Translations under genes and position numbers: made by a program
Notes under the pieces: model-generated
What the model was told of the DNA's origin: nothing
The model's input: the letters and a program-made list of their open reading frames with translations, nothing else
The model's database searches: none
In this document: positions 9,413-21,731 of the stretch, one piece after another
How the letters are laid out: each line of letters starts with the position of its first letter
How positions within the stretch are numbered: the stretch's first letter is position 1
Assembly (NCBI GenBank): GCA_963779605.1
Contig: CAVZYR010000003.1
Location: 1,011,377 to 1,075,376, forward strand
DNA length: 64,000 nucleotides
Origin: an uncultured Solirubrobacteraceae bacterium
GTDB lineage: Bacteria; Actinomycetota; Thermoleophilia; Solirubrobacterales; Solirubrobacteraceae
Direction of reading: 5' to 3'

Positions 9413-10807
9413 ATGAGCCAGACCGATCTCGCAGCCCCCACCGTGGAGGACCTGCGCGCGACGATCGCCGGCGAGGTGATCACGCCCGAGGACCCGGCCT
9501 ATGAGGAGGCACGCCTCGTGTGGAACGGCATGATCGACCGCCGCCCCGCGCTGATCGTGCGCCCCGCTTCGCGCGAGGACGTCGTGGCCGCGCTGGCCGC
9601 CGCGCGCGAGCACTCGCTGCTCGTCAGCGTGCGCTGTGGCGGGCACTCGACGCCGGGCTACAGCTCCTGCGACGGCGGGCTCGTGATCGACCTGCGTCCG
9701 ATGAACCGGGTCGAGGTCGACGCTGGCGCGGGCACGGCGCGGGTTCAGGGCGGCGCGATCTGGCGTGAGCTCGACGCGGCCACCCAGGAGCACGGGCTGG
9801 CGGTGACAGGCGGGCGCGTCTCGGACACCGGCGTCGGCGGGCTGGCCGTCGGCAGCGGCAGCGGCTGGCTCGAGCGCTCCTACGGGGTCACCAGCGAGAG
9901 CCTGCTCTCGGCCGAGGTCGTGACCGCCGACGGCAGCGTCGTGACGGCCAGCCCGCAGGAGAACCCCGAGCTGTTCTGGGGCCTGCGCGGGGGCGGGGGA
10001 AACTTCGGCGTCGTCACCGAGTTCGAGTTCCGCCTGCATCCCGTCGGTCCCATCCTCGCCGGTGGCCTGCTGCTGTACCCGCGGGCGCAGGCGCGCGAGG
10101 TGATCCGCAACTACCGCGACTTCATCGCCCAAACCCCCGACGCGGTCTCCGGGGGCGTGGCGCTGCTGACGGCGCCGCCGGAGGAGTTCGTGCCCGAGGA
10201 GGTGCGGGGAAAGCCCGCCGTCGGCATCGTCTTCTGCTACGTCGGCTCTCCCGAGGAGGGCATGGCGGCGGCCGAGCCGCTGCGCGCCTTCGGATCGCCC
10301 GTGGTGGACATGATTCAGCCGATGCCCTATGCCGTCGTGCAGCAGATGCTCGACGCCGGCAGTCCCCGCGGGGTGCGCGAGTATTTCAAGGTGGACACGC
10401 TCACCACCCTCTCCGACGCCGCCATCGACGCGATCGTCGCTCAGGCCGATGGCCTCCCGACGCCATTCGGGCAGCTCGTGCTCGGGCCGCTCGGGGGTGC
10501 GCTGGATCGCACCGACCGCGAGGCGATGGCGCTGACGCTCGACGACGGCGAGTGGACGTACTTCTGCCTGTCGATGTGGATGGACCCCACGCAGGATCAG
10601 GCCAACACGGCCTGGGCCCGCGGCTTTCACGAGGCAATGCGCCCGTTCGCCGTGGGCACCGCGATGCCCAACTTCATCGAGCCCGACGAGGGCGTCGCGC
10701 GCCTGCGCGCGTCCTACGGGGAGGACAAGTACGCGCGCCTGTCCGCGCTCAAGCAGCGCTGGGACCCCGACAACGTCTTCCGGCTCAACCAGAACATCGT
10801 GCCGTAG
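9413..10807 (+). CDS. FAD-binding oxidoreductase (berberine-bridge-enzyme / 6-hydroxy-D-nicotine oxidase-like)
   Basis: Start MSQTDL after an [15 protein letters not shown]. Motifs SVRCGGHS, TGVGGLAVGSG, LFWGLRGGGGNFGVVTEFEF, and BBE tail YARLSALKQRWDPDNVFRLNQNI. Confidence 0.9.
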   Translation: MSQTDLAAPTVEDLRATIAGEVITPEDPAYEEARLVWNGMIDRRPALIVRPASREDVVAALAAAREHSLLVSVRCGGHSTPGYSSCDGGLVIDLRPMNRVEVDAGAGTARVQGGAIWRELDAATQEHGLAVTGGRVSDTGVGGLAVGSGSGWLERSYGVTSESLLSAEVVTADGSVVTASPQENPELFWGLRGGGGNFGVVTEFEFRLHPVGPILAGGLLLYPRAQAREVIRNYRDFIAQTPDAVSGGVALLTAPPEEFVPEEVRGKPAVGIVFCYVGSPEEGMAAAEPLRAFGSPVVDMIQPMPYAVVQQMLDAGSPRGVREYFKVDTLTTLSDAAIDAIVAQADGLPTPFGQLVLGPLGGALDRTDREAMALTLDDGEWTYFCLSMWMDPTQDQANTAWARGFHEAMRPFAVGTAMPNFIEPDEGVARLRASYGEDKYARLSALKQRWDPDNVFRLNQNIVP

Positions 10808-10817
10808 GGGGCGGGCC

Positions 10818-11237
10818 GTGCCTCTCACCGGCGGATGTGGCTGCGGCGCCGTGCGCTTCGAGGTGAGCCGACCACTCGTCTCCGCGCACTACTGCCACTG
10901 CACGCGCTGCCAGCGGCGCAGCGGGACCGCCGCCTCCGCCAATGCGCGCGCAGAGCCGGGATCGTTCCGGATTTCAAGCGGCGAGTCGAGCCTGCGTGCG
11001 TGGACGCCCGAGGGCGGCTTTGAGAAGTGGTTCTGCCGCGACTGCGGCTCGGCGGTGTTCAGCCGCGACCCACACGACCGCGATCGGGTGAGCGTTCGCC
11101 TCGGCACGTTCGACGACGACCCTCAGATCCGGCCCACGATGCGCCAGTTCGTGGCCTACGCCGCCCCCTGGGAGGCGATCCCCGAGGACGGGCTGACGCG
11201 TCATGAGGAGAGCGGACACCGCGTGCGCGAGCAGTGA
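10818..11237 (+). CDS. GFA / CENP-V-like zinc-binding protein
   Basis: GGCGCGAVRF, CHCTRCQR, FCRDCGS. Confidence 0.9.
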   Translation: MPLTGGCGCGAVRFEVSRPLVSAHYCHCTRCQRRSGTAASANARAEPGSFRISSGESSLRAWTPEGGFEKWFCRDCGSAVFSRDPHDRDRVSVRLGTFDDDPQIRPTMRQFVAYAAPWEAIPEDGLTRHEESGHRVREQ

Positions 11238-11311
11238 CGCCGGGGCAAAGACCCGGCGAACGCCTCCGATCTTGCAGGCCGTAGCCCGGCGACGTGGTAA
11301 TAGTTGTGCCT

Positions 11312-12259
11312 ATGGCACGCGCGATCTGGACCGGCGCAGTCGGCTTCGGCCTGGTCACGGTGCCGGTCAAGCTCTACAGCGCGCTCGACCGCAAGAACGT
11401 GCGCTTTCACCAGCTGTCGGGCAAGACCGGGATCCGCGTGGCACAGAAGCGCATCGATCCGCAGAGCGGCGACGAGGTCCCCTACGAGGAGATCGTCAAA
11501 GGCTATGAGATCGCGCCCGAGCGCTACGTCGTGATCGCGCCGGGAGAGCTCGAGACGCTGCAGCCGAAGAAGAGCAAGACGATCGAAATCGAGGACTTCG
11601 TCGAGCTCTCGCAGATCGACCCCATCTACTACGAGCACCCCTACTACCTCGCCCCCGGGCCAGGAGGGGCCAAGCCCTACCGGCTGCTGCTCGAGGCGAT
11701 GCAGCAGGATGGCCGCGTCGCGATCGCGCGCTTCGTGATGCGATCCAAGGAGCAGCTCGTCGCGATCCGCCCGATGGGCGACGTGCTCGAGATGGCGACG
11801 ATGCTGTTCGCCGATGAAATCCTCCCCCCTGAGCGAATCGGCGAGATCTCAGAGCTCGCCGAGGTCAAGACGACCAAGCGCGAGCTGGACGTGGCCAGGC
11901 AGCTCGTGGACTCCCTGGCCGGCGACTTCAACCCCGACGCCTACCGCGACAGCTACCGCGAGGAGGTGCTCGCGCTGATCGAGCGAAAGGCCCAGGGCGA
12001 GGAGATCGCCGTGCAGCCCGCGGCCGAGGAGGTCAGTGCGCCGGCGCCTGACCTCATGAGCGCGCTGAAGGCCAGCCTCGAGGCGGTGCGCGCACGCGAT
12101 GAGACCGAGGCCGCCCCGTCCAAGAAGCGCCGCAAGCCCGCCGCCGGCAAGCCGGCCGCCAAAAGGCCCGGGGCCGGCAAACCCGCCGCCGAAAAGCCGG
12201 CCGCCAAGAAATCCGCTGCCAAGAAGCCCGCAGCACAGCGAGCCGCCGCGAAGCGGTAG
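11312..12259 (+). CDS. ku: NHEJ DNA end-binding protein Ku
   Basis: MARAIWTGAVGFGLVTVPVKLY, EIVKGYEI, IEIEDFV, YYLAP, DLMSALKASL and a basic PAAK-repeat tail. Confidence 0.96.
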   Translation: MARAIWTGAVGFGLVTVPVKLYSALDRKNVRFHQLSGKTGIRVAQKRIDPQSGDEVPYEEIVKGYEIAPERYVVIAPGELETLQPKKSKTIEIEDFVELSQIDPIYYEHPYYLAPGPGGAKPYRLLLEAMQQDGRVAIARFVMRSKEQLVAIRPMGDVLEMATMLFADEILPPERIGEISELAEVKTTKRELDVARQLVDSLAGDFNPDAYRDSYREEVLALIERKAQGEEIAVQPAAEEVSAPAPDLMSALKASLEAVRARDETEAAPSKKRRKPAAGKPAAKRPGAGKPAAEKPAAKKSAAKKPAAQRAAAKR

Positions 12260-14694
12260 TGCCCCGCTCATCGAAGGGCAAGCAGACCGACCCCCTCGAG
12301 AGCTACCGCTCGAAGAGAGACTTCACGCTGACCAGCGAGCCCGCCGGGCACGCCGCGCCCGAGGTGCAGTCACTGCGCTTCGTGATCCAGGAGCACCACG
12401 CGAGCAGCCTGCACTGGGATCTGCGCCTGGAGCGAGAAGGAGTGCTCGTTTCCTGGGCGCTGCCCAAGGGCCTTCCCGAGGCCCCCGGGGAAAACCACTT
12501 TGCGGCGGGCACCGAGGATCACCCGCTCGCGTACATCGACTTCGACGGCGAGATCCCGAAGGGCGAGTACGGGGCCGGCGCGATGACGATCTGGGATCGC
12601 GGGACCTATGAGTGTGAGAAGTGGGAGCCGCGCAAGGTCGAGGTCGCGCTGCACGGGAGGCGCGTCGACGCCCGCTACGCGCTGTTCGCAATCAGCGACG
12701 AGGCCGAGGACGGGGTCCGGGCCAAGGACTGGATGATCCACCGAATGGACCCACCCGCCGACCCGCACCGCGAGCCGATGCCCCGCCACCTCGAGCCGAT
12801 GCTCGCCCGCGCCGGAGAGCTTCCGCGCGACGACGGTCGCTGGGCGTATGAGATCAAGTGGGACGGCGTGCGCGCGATCGCCTACTCGCAGCCCGGCCGG
12901 CTCGAGCTGCAGAGCCGAAACCTCAAAGACATCACCGGCTCCTATCCCGAGCTGCGCCGGCTCAATCGCGCGCTCAGCTCGCACAGCGCGATCCTGGACG
13001 GCGAGATCGTCGCCTTCGGCGAGGAGGGCCGCCCGAGCTTCGCTGCGCTTCAGCACCGCATGCACGTCAGCTCGCCGGCGCAGGCAGCACGCCTGGCGAA
13101 GGGCAGCCCCGTCACCTACGTCATCTTCGACCTGCTGTGGCTCGATGGCCACTCGCTCATGGGCCTTCCCTACTCCGAGCGCCGCGAACGCCTGGCTTCC
13201 CTGAAGCTCACCGGAGCGAGCTGGCAGACGCCGGAGCACCTCGTGGGGTCGGGCCGAGAGGTGCTCGAGGCCAGCGCCGCACAGGGTCTCGAGGGCGTCG
13301 TCGCCAAGCGCCTCGACTCGACGTATGAGCCCGGCCGCCGCGCCGGCGCGTGGGTGAAGATCAAGAACTTCAAGCGCCAGGAGTTCGTCATCGGGGGCTG
13401 GCTGCCGGGCAAGGGCGCGCGCGGGGCGCGCATCGGCGCCCTGCTCGTCGGCGTGCATGAGGACACTGGCGCACTCGCCTACGCAGGCCGCGTCGGCACC
13501 GGCTTCTCAGAGCAGGAGCTCGACCGCCTCGCGGGCCTGCTCGCCGGACTGGAGCGCGAGGGCTCGCCGTTCTCGGCCGGCCCGGCGCCGCCGCCGGGCG
13601 CAGTCTTCTGTGACCCGAAGCTCGTGGTCGAGGTCGAGTTCACGGAGTGGACCAGAACGGGCAGCCTGCGCCACCCCTCCTACAAGGGCCTGCGTGACGA
13701 CAAGCCGGCCGAGCAGGTGGTGCGCGAGGATCGACCCGCGACTCGCGTCGACGGCGACCACGATGACGCGCTCGTCATCGGAGAGGCGCGCGCGGGGAAG
13801 GCCTCCGCCACCATCGCCGGCCGCGAGCTGACCCTGTCGAACCTCGACAAGGTGCTGTATCCCGAGGCCGGCTTCACCAAGGCTGAGGTCATCGACTACT
13901 ACGCCTCGATCGCACCGGTCCTGCTCCCGCACCTCGACGGGCGTCCGCTCACCGTCAAGCGCTGGCCCGACGGCGTACAGGCGAAGTCGTTCTTTCAGAA
14001 GCAGGCCCCCGCGCATCGCCCCGACTGGGTGCGCACCGTGACCGTCCCCGCCGAGCGCAAGCCGATCGACTACCTGCTCGCGGAGGATCTGCCCACGATC
14101 GTGTGGCTCGCGAACCTCGCCGCCCTTGAATTGCATACGCCGCTCGCGCGTGCTGAGGCGATCGAGCGGCCGACGATGCTCGTGTTCGATCTCGACCCCG
14201 GCAAGCCCGCGACGATCGTCGAGTGCTGTGAGGTGAGCCTGCGCCTACAGGCCATGTTCGAGAACCTCGGCATGCAATCCTTCGCGAAGACGTCGGGCTC
14301 CAAGGGACTCCAGCTGTACGTCCCGCTCAACACCCCCGCGATCACCTTCGAGCACACCAAGCAGTTCGCCAAGGCGGTGGCCGAGCTGCTCGAGCGCGAG
14401 GAACCCGACCTGGTCGTCTCGCGCATGACCAAGGCGCGGCGCACCGGCAAGGTCCTGATCGACTGGAGCCAGAACGACCACCGCAAGACGACCGTGTGCG
14501 CGTATTCGCTAAGAGCGGGCGAGCGCCCGACCGTCTCGACCCCGGTCGAGTGGCGGGAGGTGCGCGCCGCACTGGATTCCGGCGATCCGGCGCTCCTGTC
14601 CTACGAGGCCGGCCGCGTGCTCGAACGGGTGGGCGAGCAGGGAGACCTGTTCGCGCCGGTTCTCTCGCTGATACAGGAGCTCCCGGCGCTGTGA
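12259..14694 (+). CDS. ligD: Multifunctional NHEJ DNA ligase D (phosphoesterase-ligase-polymerase)
   Basis: PE domain FVIQEHHASSLHWDLRLE; ligase YEIKWDGVR and EGVVAKR; polymerase LSNLDKVLYP, FDLDPG, KTSGSKGLQLYVPL. 1-nt overlap with ku. Confidence 0.95.
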   Translation: MPRSSKGKQTDPLESYRSKRDFTLTSEPAGHAAPEVQSLRFVIQEHHASSLHWDLRLEREGVLVSWALPKGLPEAPGENHFAAGTEDHPLAYIDFDGEIPKGEYGAGAMTIWDRGTYECEKWEPRKVEVALHGRRVDARYALFAISDEAEDGVRAKDWMIHRMDPPADPHREPMPRHLEPMLARAGELPRDDGRWAYEIKWDGVRAIAYSQPGRLELQSRNLKDITGSYPELRRLNRALSSHSAILDGEIVAFGEEGRPSFAALQHRMHVSSPAQAARLAKGSPVTYVIFDLLWLDGHSLMGLPYSERRERLASLKLTGASWQTPEHLVGSGREVLEASAAQGLEGVVAKRLDSTYEPGRRAGAWVKIKNFKRQEFVIGGWLPGKGARGARIGALLVGVHEDTGALAYAGRVGTGFSEQELDRLAGLLAGLEREGSPFSAGPAPPPGAVFCDPKLVVEVEFTEWTRTGSLRHPSYKGLRDDKPAEQVVREDRPATRVDGDHDDALVIGEARAGKASATIAGRELTLSNLDKVLYPEAGFTKAEVIDYYASIAPVLLPHLDGRPLTVKRWPDGVQAKSFFQKQAPAHRPDWVRTVTVPAERKPIDYLLAEDLPTIVWLANLAALELHTPLARAEAIERPTMLVFDLDPGKPATIVECCEVSLRLQAMFENLGMQSFAKTSGSKGLQLYVPLNTPAITFEHTKQFAKAVAELLEREEPDLVVSRMTKARRTGKVLIDWSQNDHRKTTVCAYSLRAGERPTVSTPVEWREVRAALDSGDPALLSYEAGRVLERVGEQGDLFAPVLSLIQELPAL

Positions 14695-14715
14695 GCGCGC
14701 GGCCGGCTCGCCGCG

Positions 14716-15219
14716 TCAGCCGGTCATCTCCTCGCCGGCCAGCAGCTCCATCAGCAGGCTGTCGTGCCAGTCCTCCCCGCCGGTGTCGCGCTCGTAGCAT
14801 CGCATGATGCCCACGGGCCTGAAGCCCGCCTTCTCGTATGCGCGGATGGCCGCGGTGTTCGCCACGGCTGGATCGATCGTGATGCGGTGGTGGCCGCGCT
14901 CTGCGATCAGCTGGCGCACGACCCGCCTGAGCGCCTCGGTGCCGAGACCGCGGCCGTGCACGGGCGGATCCAGGAACAGGTCGATCGCGGCGTGGCGGTA
15001 TCTCGGCGCGAGCTCCTCGTGGAACTCGATCAGGCCGATGATCACGCCGTCGAGCAGGATCGTCTGGCGAGTCGCATCCGGTTCGTCCGTCGCCGGGAAG
15101 CCCTCGGGCGGCTCGCCCCACCAGCGCGCGACCTCCGGCGTCGCGTGGATGCGCCGCAGCTCGCCCGCGTCGGCCGCTTGCAGGGGGCGCAGCTTGATGT
15201 CCTTCGGCGAGTCAGCCAC
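14716..15219 (-). CDS. GNAT N-acetyltransferase (RimL / AAC(6')-like)
   Basis: HGRGLGT acetyl-CoA motif, HHRITIDP, NTAAIRAYEKAGFRPVG. Confidence 0.85.
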   Translation of the reverse strand: MADSPKDIKLRPLQAADAGELRRIHATPEVARWWGEPPEGFPATDEPDATRQTILLDGVIIGLIEFHEELAPRYRHAAIDLFLDPPVHGRGLGTEALRRVVRQLIAERGHHRITIDPAVANTAAIRAYEKAGFRPVGIMRCYERDTGGEDWHDSLLMELLAGEEMTG

Positions 15220-15231
15220 CGCCGTCCCGGG

Positions 15232-16230
15232 CTAGGGGACCAGGACCACCTTGCCGACGTTGCGCCGCTCGGTGATCATCGTCTGCGCGGCGCCCGCGTC
15301 CTCGAAGCTGAAGTCGCCGGCGACCACAGGTTTGATCGTTTCGTCGTCCAGCAGTTCGCGCAGCGGCCCGATCCACGGCTGCAGCGTGCCGCGGTCCTTC
15401 CACAGGCTGAGCATGTTCAGGCCGATCACGGCCTTCGATTCGGACATCTGCTTGACGAGGTTGAAGCGCGGCATGCGCGCGATCGCGCTCAGCGCCGTGA
15501 CCAGGTTGCGCCGCTGCCCGGAGACGACCGAGGAGGCACCGAACGCCACCAGGCGCCCGCCCGGGCGCAGCAGCGAGTAGCTGCGCCGGAAGCTCTTTCC
15601 GCCGACGGCGTCCATGATCACGTCGAACGGCGGCAGGCCCTGCTCCCAGCCGGCCTTGGTGTAGTCGATCGCGTGATCGACCCCGATCTCCCTGCAGCGC
15701 TCGTGCTTGCCCGGCGAGGCCGTCCCGTAGACCTCGTTGCCGGTGCGCTTGGCCAGCTGCGTCGCGGCGATGCCGACGCCTCCGCCGGCGGAGTGGATGA
15801 GGACGCGCTCTCCGGGCTGCAGGTTGCCATAGCCATACAGACCGGCCCACGCCGTGCCGTAGTTGACGGGGATCGAGGCGCCCTGCTCGAAGGTCAGCTC
15901 GTCCGGGAGCGCGATCACATCGCCCGCCGGCACCGCCACCTGCGAGGCGTAGCCCCCGAACTGGGTGCTCGCCACCACGCGCTGGCCGGGGCTGAGGTTC
16001 TGAACGCCCTCGCCCAGCTCGAGCACCGTCCCCGCGACCTCATAGCCGACCACGCAGGGCGTCTTTGGAGCGTCCGGGTACAGGCCCATGCGCGCCATCA
16101 CGTCGGCGAAGTTCACGCCCGCGGCCGCGACGTCGATCCGCACCTCGCCCGGGCCCAGCTTCGGATCGGCGCGCTCCTGCACCTCAAGCACGCCGGGGCC
16201 GCCGTGCTTGGTTATGACGACGGCGCGCAC
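15232..16230 (-). CDS. MDR-family NADPH:quinone oxidoreductase-like protein (VAT-1-like)
   Basis: AAGVNFADVMARMGLYP, VGYEVAG, LIHSAGGGVG, NVGKVVL. Confidence 0.88.
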   Translation of the reverse strand: MRAVVITKHGGPGVLEVQERADPKLGPGEVRIDVAAAGVNFADVMARMGLYPDAPKTPCVVGYEVAGTVLELGEGVQNLSPGQRVVASTQFGGYASQVAVPAGDVIALPDELTFEQGASIPVNYGTAWAGLYGYGNLQPGERVLIHSAGGGVGIAATQLAKRTGNEVYGTASPGKHERCREIGVDHAIDYTKAGWEQGLPPFDVIMDAVGGKSFRRSYSLLRPGGRLVAFGASSVVSGQRRNLVTALSAIARMPRFNLVKQMSESKAVIGLNMLSLWKDRGTLQPWIGPLRELLDDETIKPVVAGDFSFEDAGAAQTMITERRNVGKVVLVP

Positions 16231-16254
16231 GCGCTGAGCGTATCCGAAAGGCTC

Positions 16255-19220
<2,966 letters not shown>

Positions 19221-19236
19221 AATCCGAGTGTAGCGA

Positions 19237-19833
19237 TCAGCCGCTCCAGAGGAACTCTCGATAGGAGGCCTTCGCGCTCCAGCCCGCCGGCAGCCGGCTG
19301 TCGGCCACTCCGGCGGAGGCCTCGGTGCCCAGCAGGCAGTACTCGGGCGCCGGGCCCAGGCCGAGGCAGCGCCGCCACAGCCCCGTCGTCGCCGGATCCA
19401 TGCCATCACCGAGCAGTGCCTCGATCGAGGGGTGCTCGTGCCCCGGCGCGGGCGTCACCCATACGCTGAGGCGCGCATCGCCGGGGTTTTGATAGCCCTC
19501 GGACAGGCGGTAGATGGCGCCCGTGGACACGCCCGTCAGGGAGGCTACCGCGTCGTGAGCCTGAACATGCCCGTGCGACACGGACGCCTCCTCGAGCACG
19601 CCGATCGCAGACCAGCTGTCCAGGAGGTACCAGTCCTCATAGCCGCCTTCGAGCTGCGAGGTCCGATCGCCGATTGGCAGCCACGGGAGCTCAGCGGCCC
19701 TGAACGCCACGGAGCCGCCGAAGCCGCTCGGCGGGCTGTGCGCGAGCGAGGAGTGGAAGTGCGCGATCGCGCGTTCGTAGGTCGCGACATCGGCCTCTCG
19801 GGCTGGCCGGTGCCAGGCGATGTAGGCGAGCAC
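19237..19833 (-). CDS. Hypothetical protein
   Basis: C-terminal part of ORF 19237..20172; likely start GTG 19833 (LAYIAWHRP...GYEDWYLLDSW...), directly downstream of ilvC. Confidence 0.7.
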   Translation of the reverse strand: MLAYIAWHRPAREADVATYERAIAHFHSSLAHSPPSGFGGSVAFRAAELPWLPIGDRTSQLEGGYEDWYLLDSWSAIGVLEEASVSHGHVQAHDAVASLTGVSTGAIYRLSEGYQNPGDARLSVWVTPAPGHEHPSIEALLGDGMDPATTGLWRRCLGLGPAPEYCLLGTEASAGVADSRLPAGWSAKASYREFLWSG

Positions 19834-19853
19834 CCTGGACCTCGCCCGCAGCC

Positions 19854-20843
19854 TCAGAAGGAAGGCTTGATCCAGTCCATGTGCGAGCGAAGCTCCCCGC
19901 CGACGTGCTCGACCTGGCTGTCGGCCTGCTCGGCGCGCATGCGCTTGAAGCTCTCCTGGCCGGCGCGGTTCTCCGCGATCCACTCGCGCGCGAAGTCGCC
20001 CGACTGGATCTCGGCGAGGATCTGGCGCATGGCGGCGCGCGTGTCCTCGGTGATCACGCGCTTGCCGCGCGTGTAGTCGCCGTACTCGGCCGTGTTCGAG
20101 ATCGAGTAGCGCATTCCCGCGAGGCCCTTCTCGTACATCAGATCGGCGATCAGCTTGAGCTCGTGCAGGCACTCGAAGTAGGCCATCTCGGGGTCATAGC
20201 CCGCCTCCACGAGCGTCTGAAAACCGGCCTGGACGAGCTCGGAAGCGCCTCCGCAGAGGACGGCCTGCTCGCCGAACAGGTCGGTCTCCGTCTCATCCTT
20301 GAAGGACGTCACGATCACGCCGCCGCGCGTGCAGCCGATGCCCTTCGCGTAGGCCAGCGCGAGCGCGCGCGCGTGGCCGGTCGCGTCCTGCTCGACGGCG
20401 AGCAGTCCCGGCACGCCGCTGCCCTCCGTGAACTGACGGCGCACGAGATGCCCTGGGCCCTTGGGCGCGACCATGGCCACATCCACGCCCGCGGGTGGCT
20501 CGATCTCTTTGTAGTGGATCGAGAAGCCGTGCCCGAACAACAGCATGTTGCCCTCGGCGACGCCATCTGAGACCTCGTTCTCCCATACCTCGCGGTGGAG
20601 CTCGTCGGGGACGAGCATCATCACGAGGTCGCCGCGACTCGCGGCCTCGACGACCGAGAGCACCTCAAGGCCGTGCTCGCGCGCCGAAGTCGTCGAGTCA
20701 GAGCCCTCGCGCAGGCCGACCACGACGTCGACGCCGGAGTCCTTCAGGTTCAGAGCGTGCGCGTGACCCTGCGAGCCGTAGCCGATGATCGCGACGGTCT
20801 TGCCGTCGAGCAGGTGAAGATCCGCGTCGTCGTCGTAGAGCAT
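19854..20843 (-). CDS. ilvC: Ketol-acid reductoisomerase
   Basis: [62 protein letters not shown]. Confidence 0.97.
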   Translation of the reverse strand: MLYDDDADLHLLDGKTVAIIGYGSQGHAHALNLKDSGVDVVVGLREGSDSTTSAREHGLEVLSVVEAASRGDLVMMLVPDELHREVWENEVSDGVAEGNMLLFGHGFSIHYKEIEPPAGVDVAMVAPKGPGHLVRRQFTEGSGVPGLLAVEQDATGHARALALAYAKGIGCTRGGVIVTSFKDETETDLFGEQAVLCGGASELVQAGFQTLVEAGYDPEMAYFECLHELKLIADLMYEKGLAGMRYSISNTAEYGDYTRGKRVITEDTRAAMRQILAEIQSGDFAREWIAENRAGQESFKRMRAEQADSQVEHVGGELRSHMDWIKPSF

Positions 20844-20879
20844 CAGAGCGCGCAGGATAGAGCACCCGCGCGCCGGGCC

Positions 20880-21731
20880 TCATGCGGTGGCGGAGGCGAC
20901 GAGCGTGCGCGCAGGAATCGTGAGCGCGCCCTCGGAGGAGGTGTAGGGCGCCAGACGCGCGGCCAGACCGGCGCGGATCTCCGCGATCTCGGGCTCGGGA
21001 CGGCTGAGGACGGCGTCGTGGAAGGCGCGCGCGATATCGAGAGTGGTCTCCCAGAACACCTCGAAGGACGGATGGCGCTGCTCGATCTCGATCGCCTGCA
21101 CGTCGACCTCGGCGAAGCCCGCCTCGCTGAGGAGCTCGCGCACGCGCCCGGGGTCGCCCAGCGCGAACGGACCGGGTGTGCCCGGCTCCGGTGGTGTGGT
21201 GAGTCCCCGCTCGATCAGCTCGAGCGACGGGAGCAGCGCCCAGGGATTGTGCTGGACGGAGTCCCACACCGCGAGCGCCAGCCGCCCCTGCGGGCGCAGC
21301 ACGCGCCTGGTCTCCGCAAGCGCCGCCGAGGGATCGGCGAGCAGCATGTAGCCCCAGCGGCAGAGCACCGCGTCGACGCTCGCCAGGGGAAGGTCGATCC
21401 ACTCCGCCCCGAGCACACGGAACTCCACGTTCGCGAGCCCCAGCTCGCTGGCGCGAGCACGCGCGCCGTCCAGCATCGCGTCGGCCTGATCGGAGATGAT
21501 CACGCCGCCGGTGGGCGCGACCAGCTCGGCCGCGAGCATTCCCGTCTCGCCCAGACCGGCCGCGAGCTCGAGCACCTGATCTCCAGGCTTCAGGGCGACC
21601 GCGTCGAGCATCCAGCGCGAGACGGGTGCGCCGAGCGCCCTGATCGCCTCCTGGCGCCGGACCCAGCCGGGCGCCGCCGCTTCCCATCCGGCCAGACTCG
21701 ATGCGCGATGGGCGTTGGGGTCGAAGCTCAT
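20880..21731 (-). CDS. Class I SAM-dependent methyltransferase (UbiE-like fold)
   Basis: Start MSFDPNAH overlaps the menE stop by 4 nt. Motifs VLELAAGLG, DAVLCRWGYML, RRVLRPQGRL. Confidence 0.88.
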   Translation of the reverse strand: MSFDPNAHRASSLAGWEAAAPGWVRRQEAIRALGAPVSRWMLDAVALKPGDQVLELAAGLGETGMLAAELVAPTGGVIISDQADAMLDGARARASELGLANVEFRVLGAEWIDLPLASVDAVLCRWGYMLLADPSAALAETRRVLRPQGRLALAVWDSVQHNPWALLPSLELIERGLTTPPEPGTPGPFALGDPGRVRELLSEAGFAEVDVQAIEIEQRHPSFEVFWETTLDIARAFHDAVLSRPEPEIAEIRAGLAARLAPYTSSEGALTIPARTLVASATA

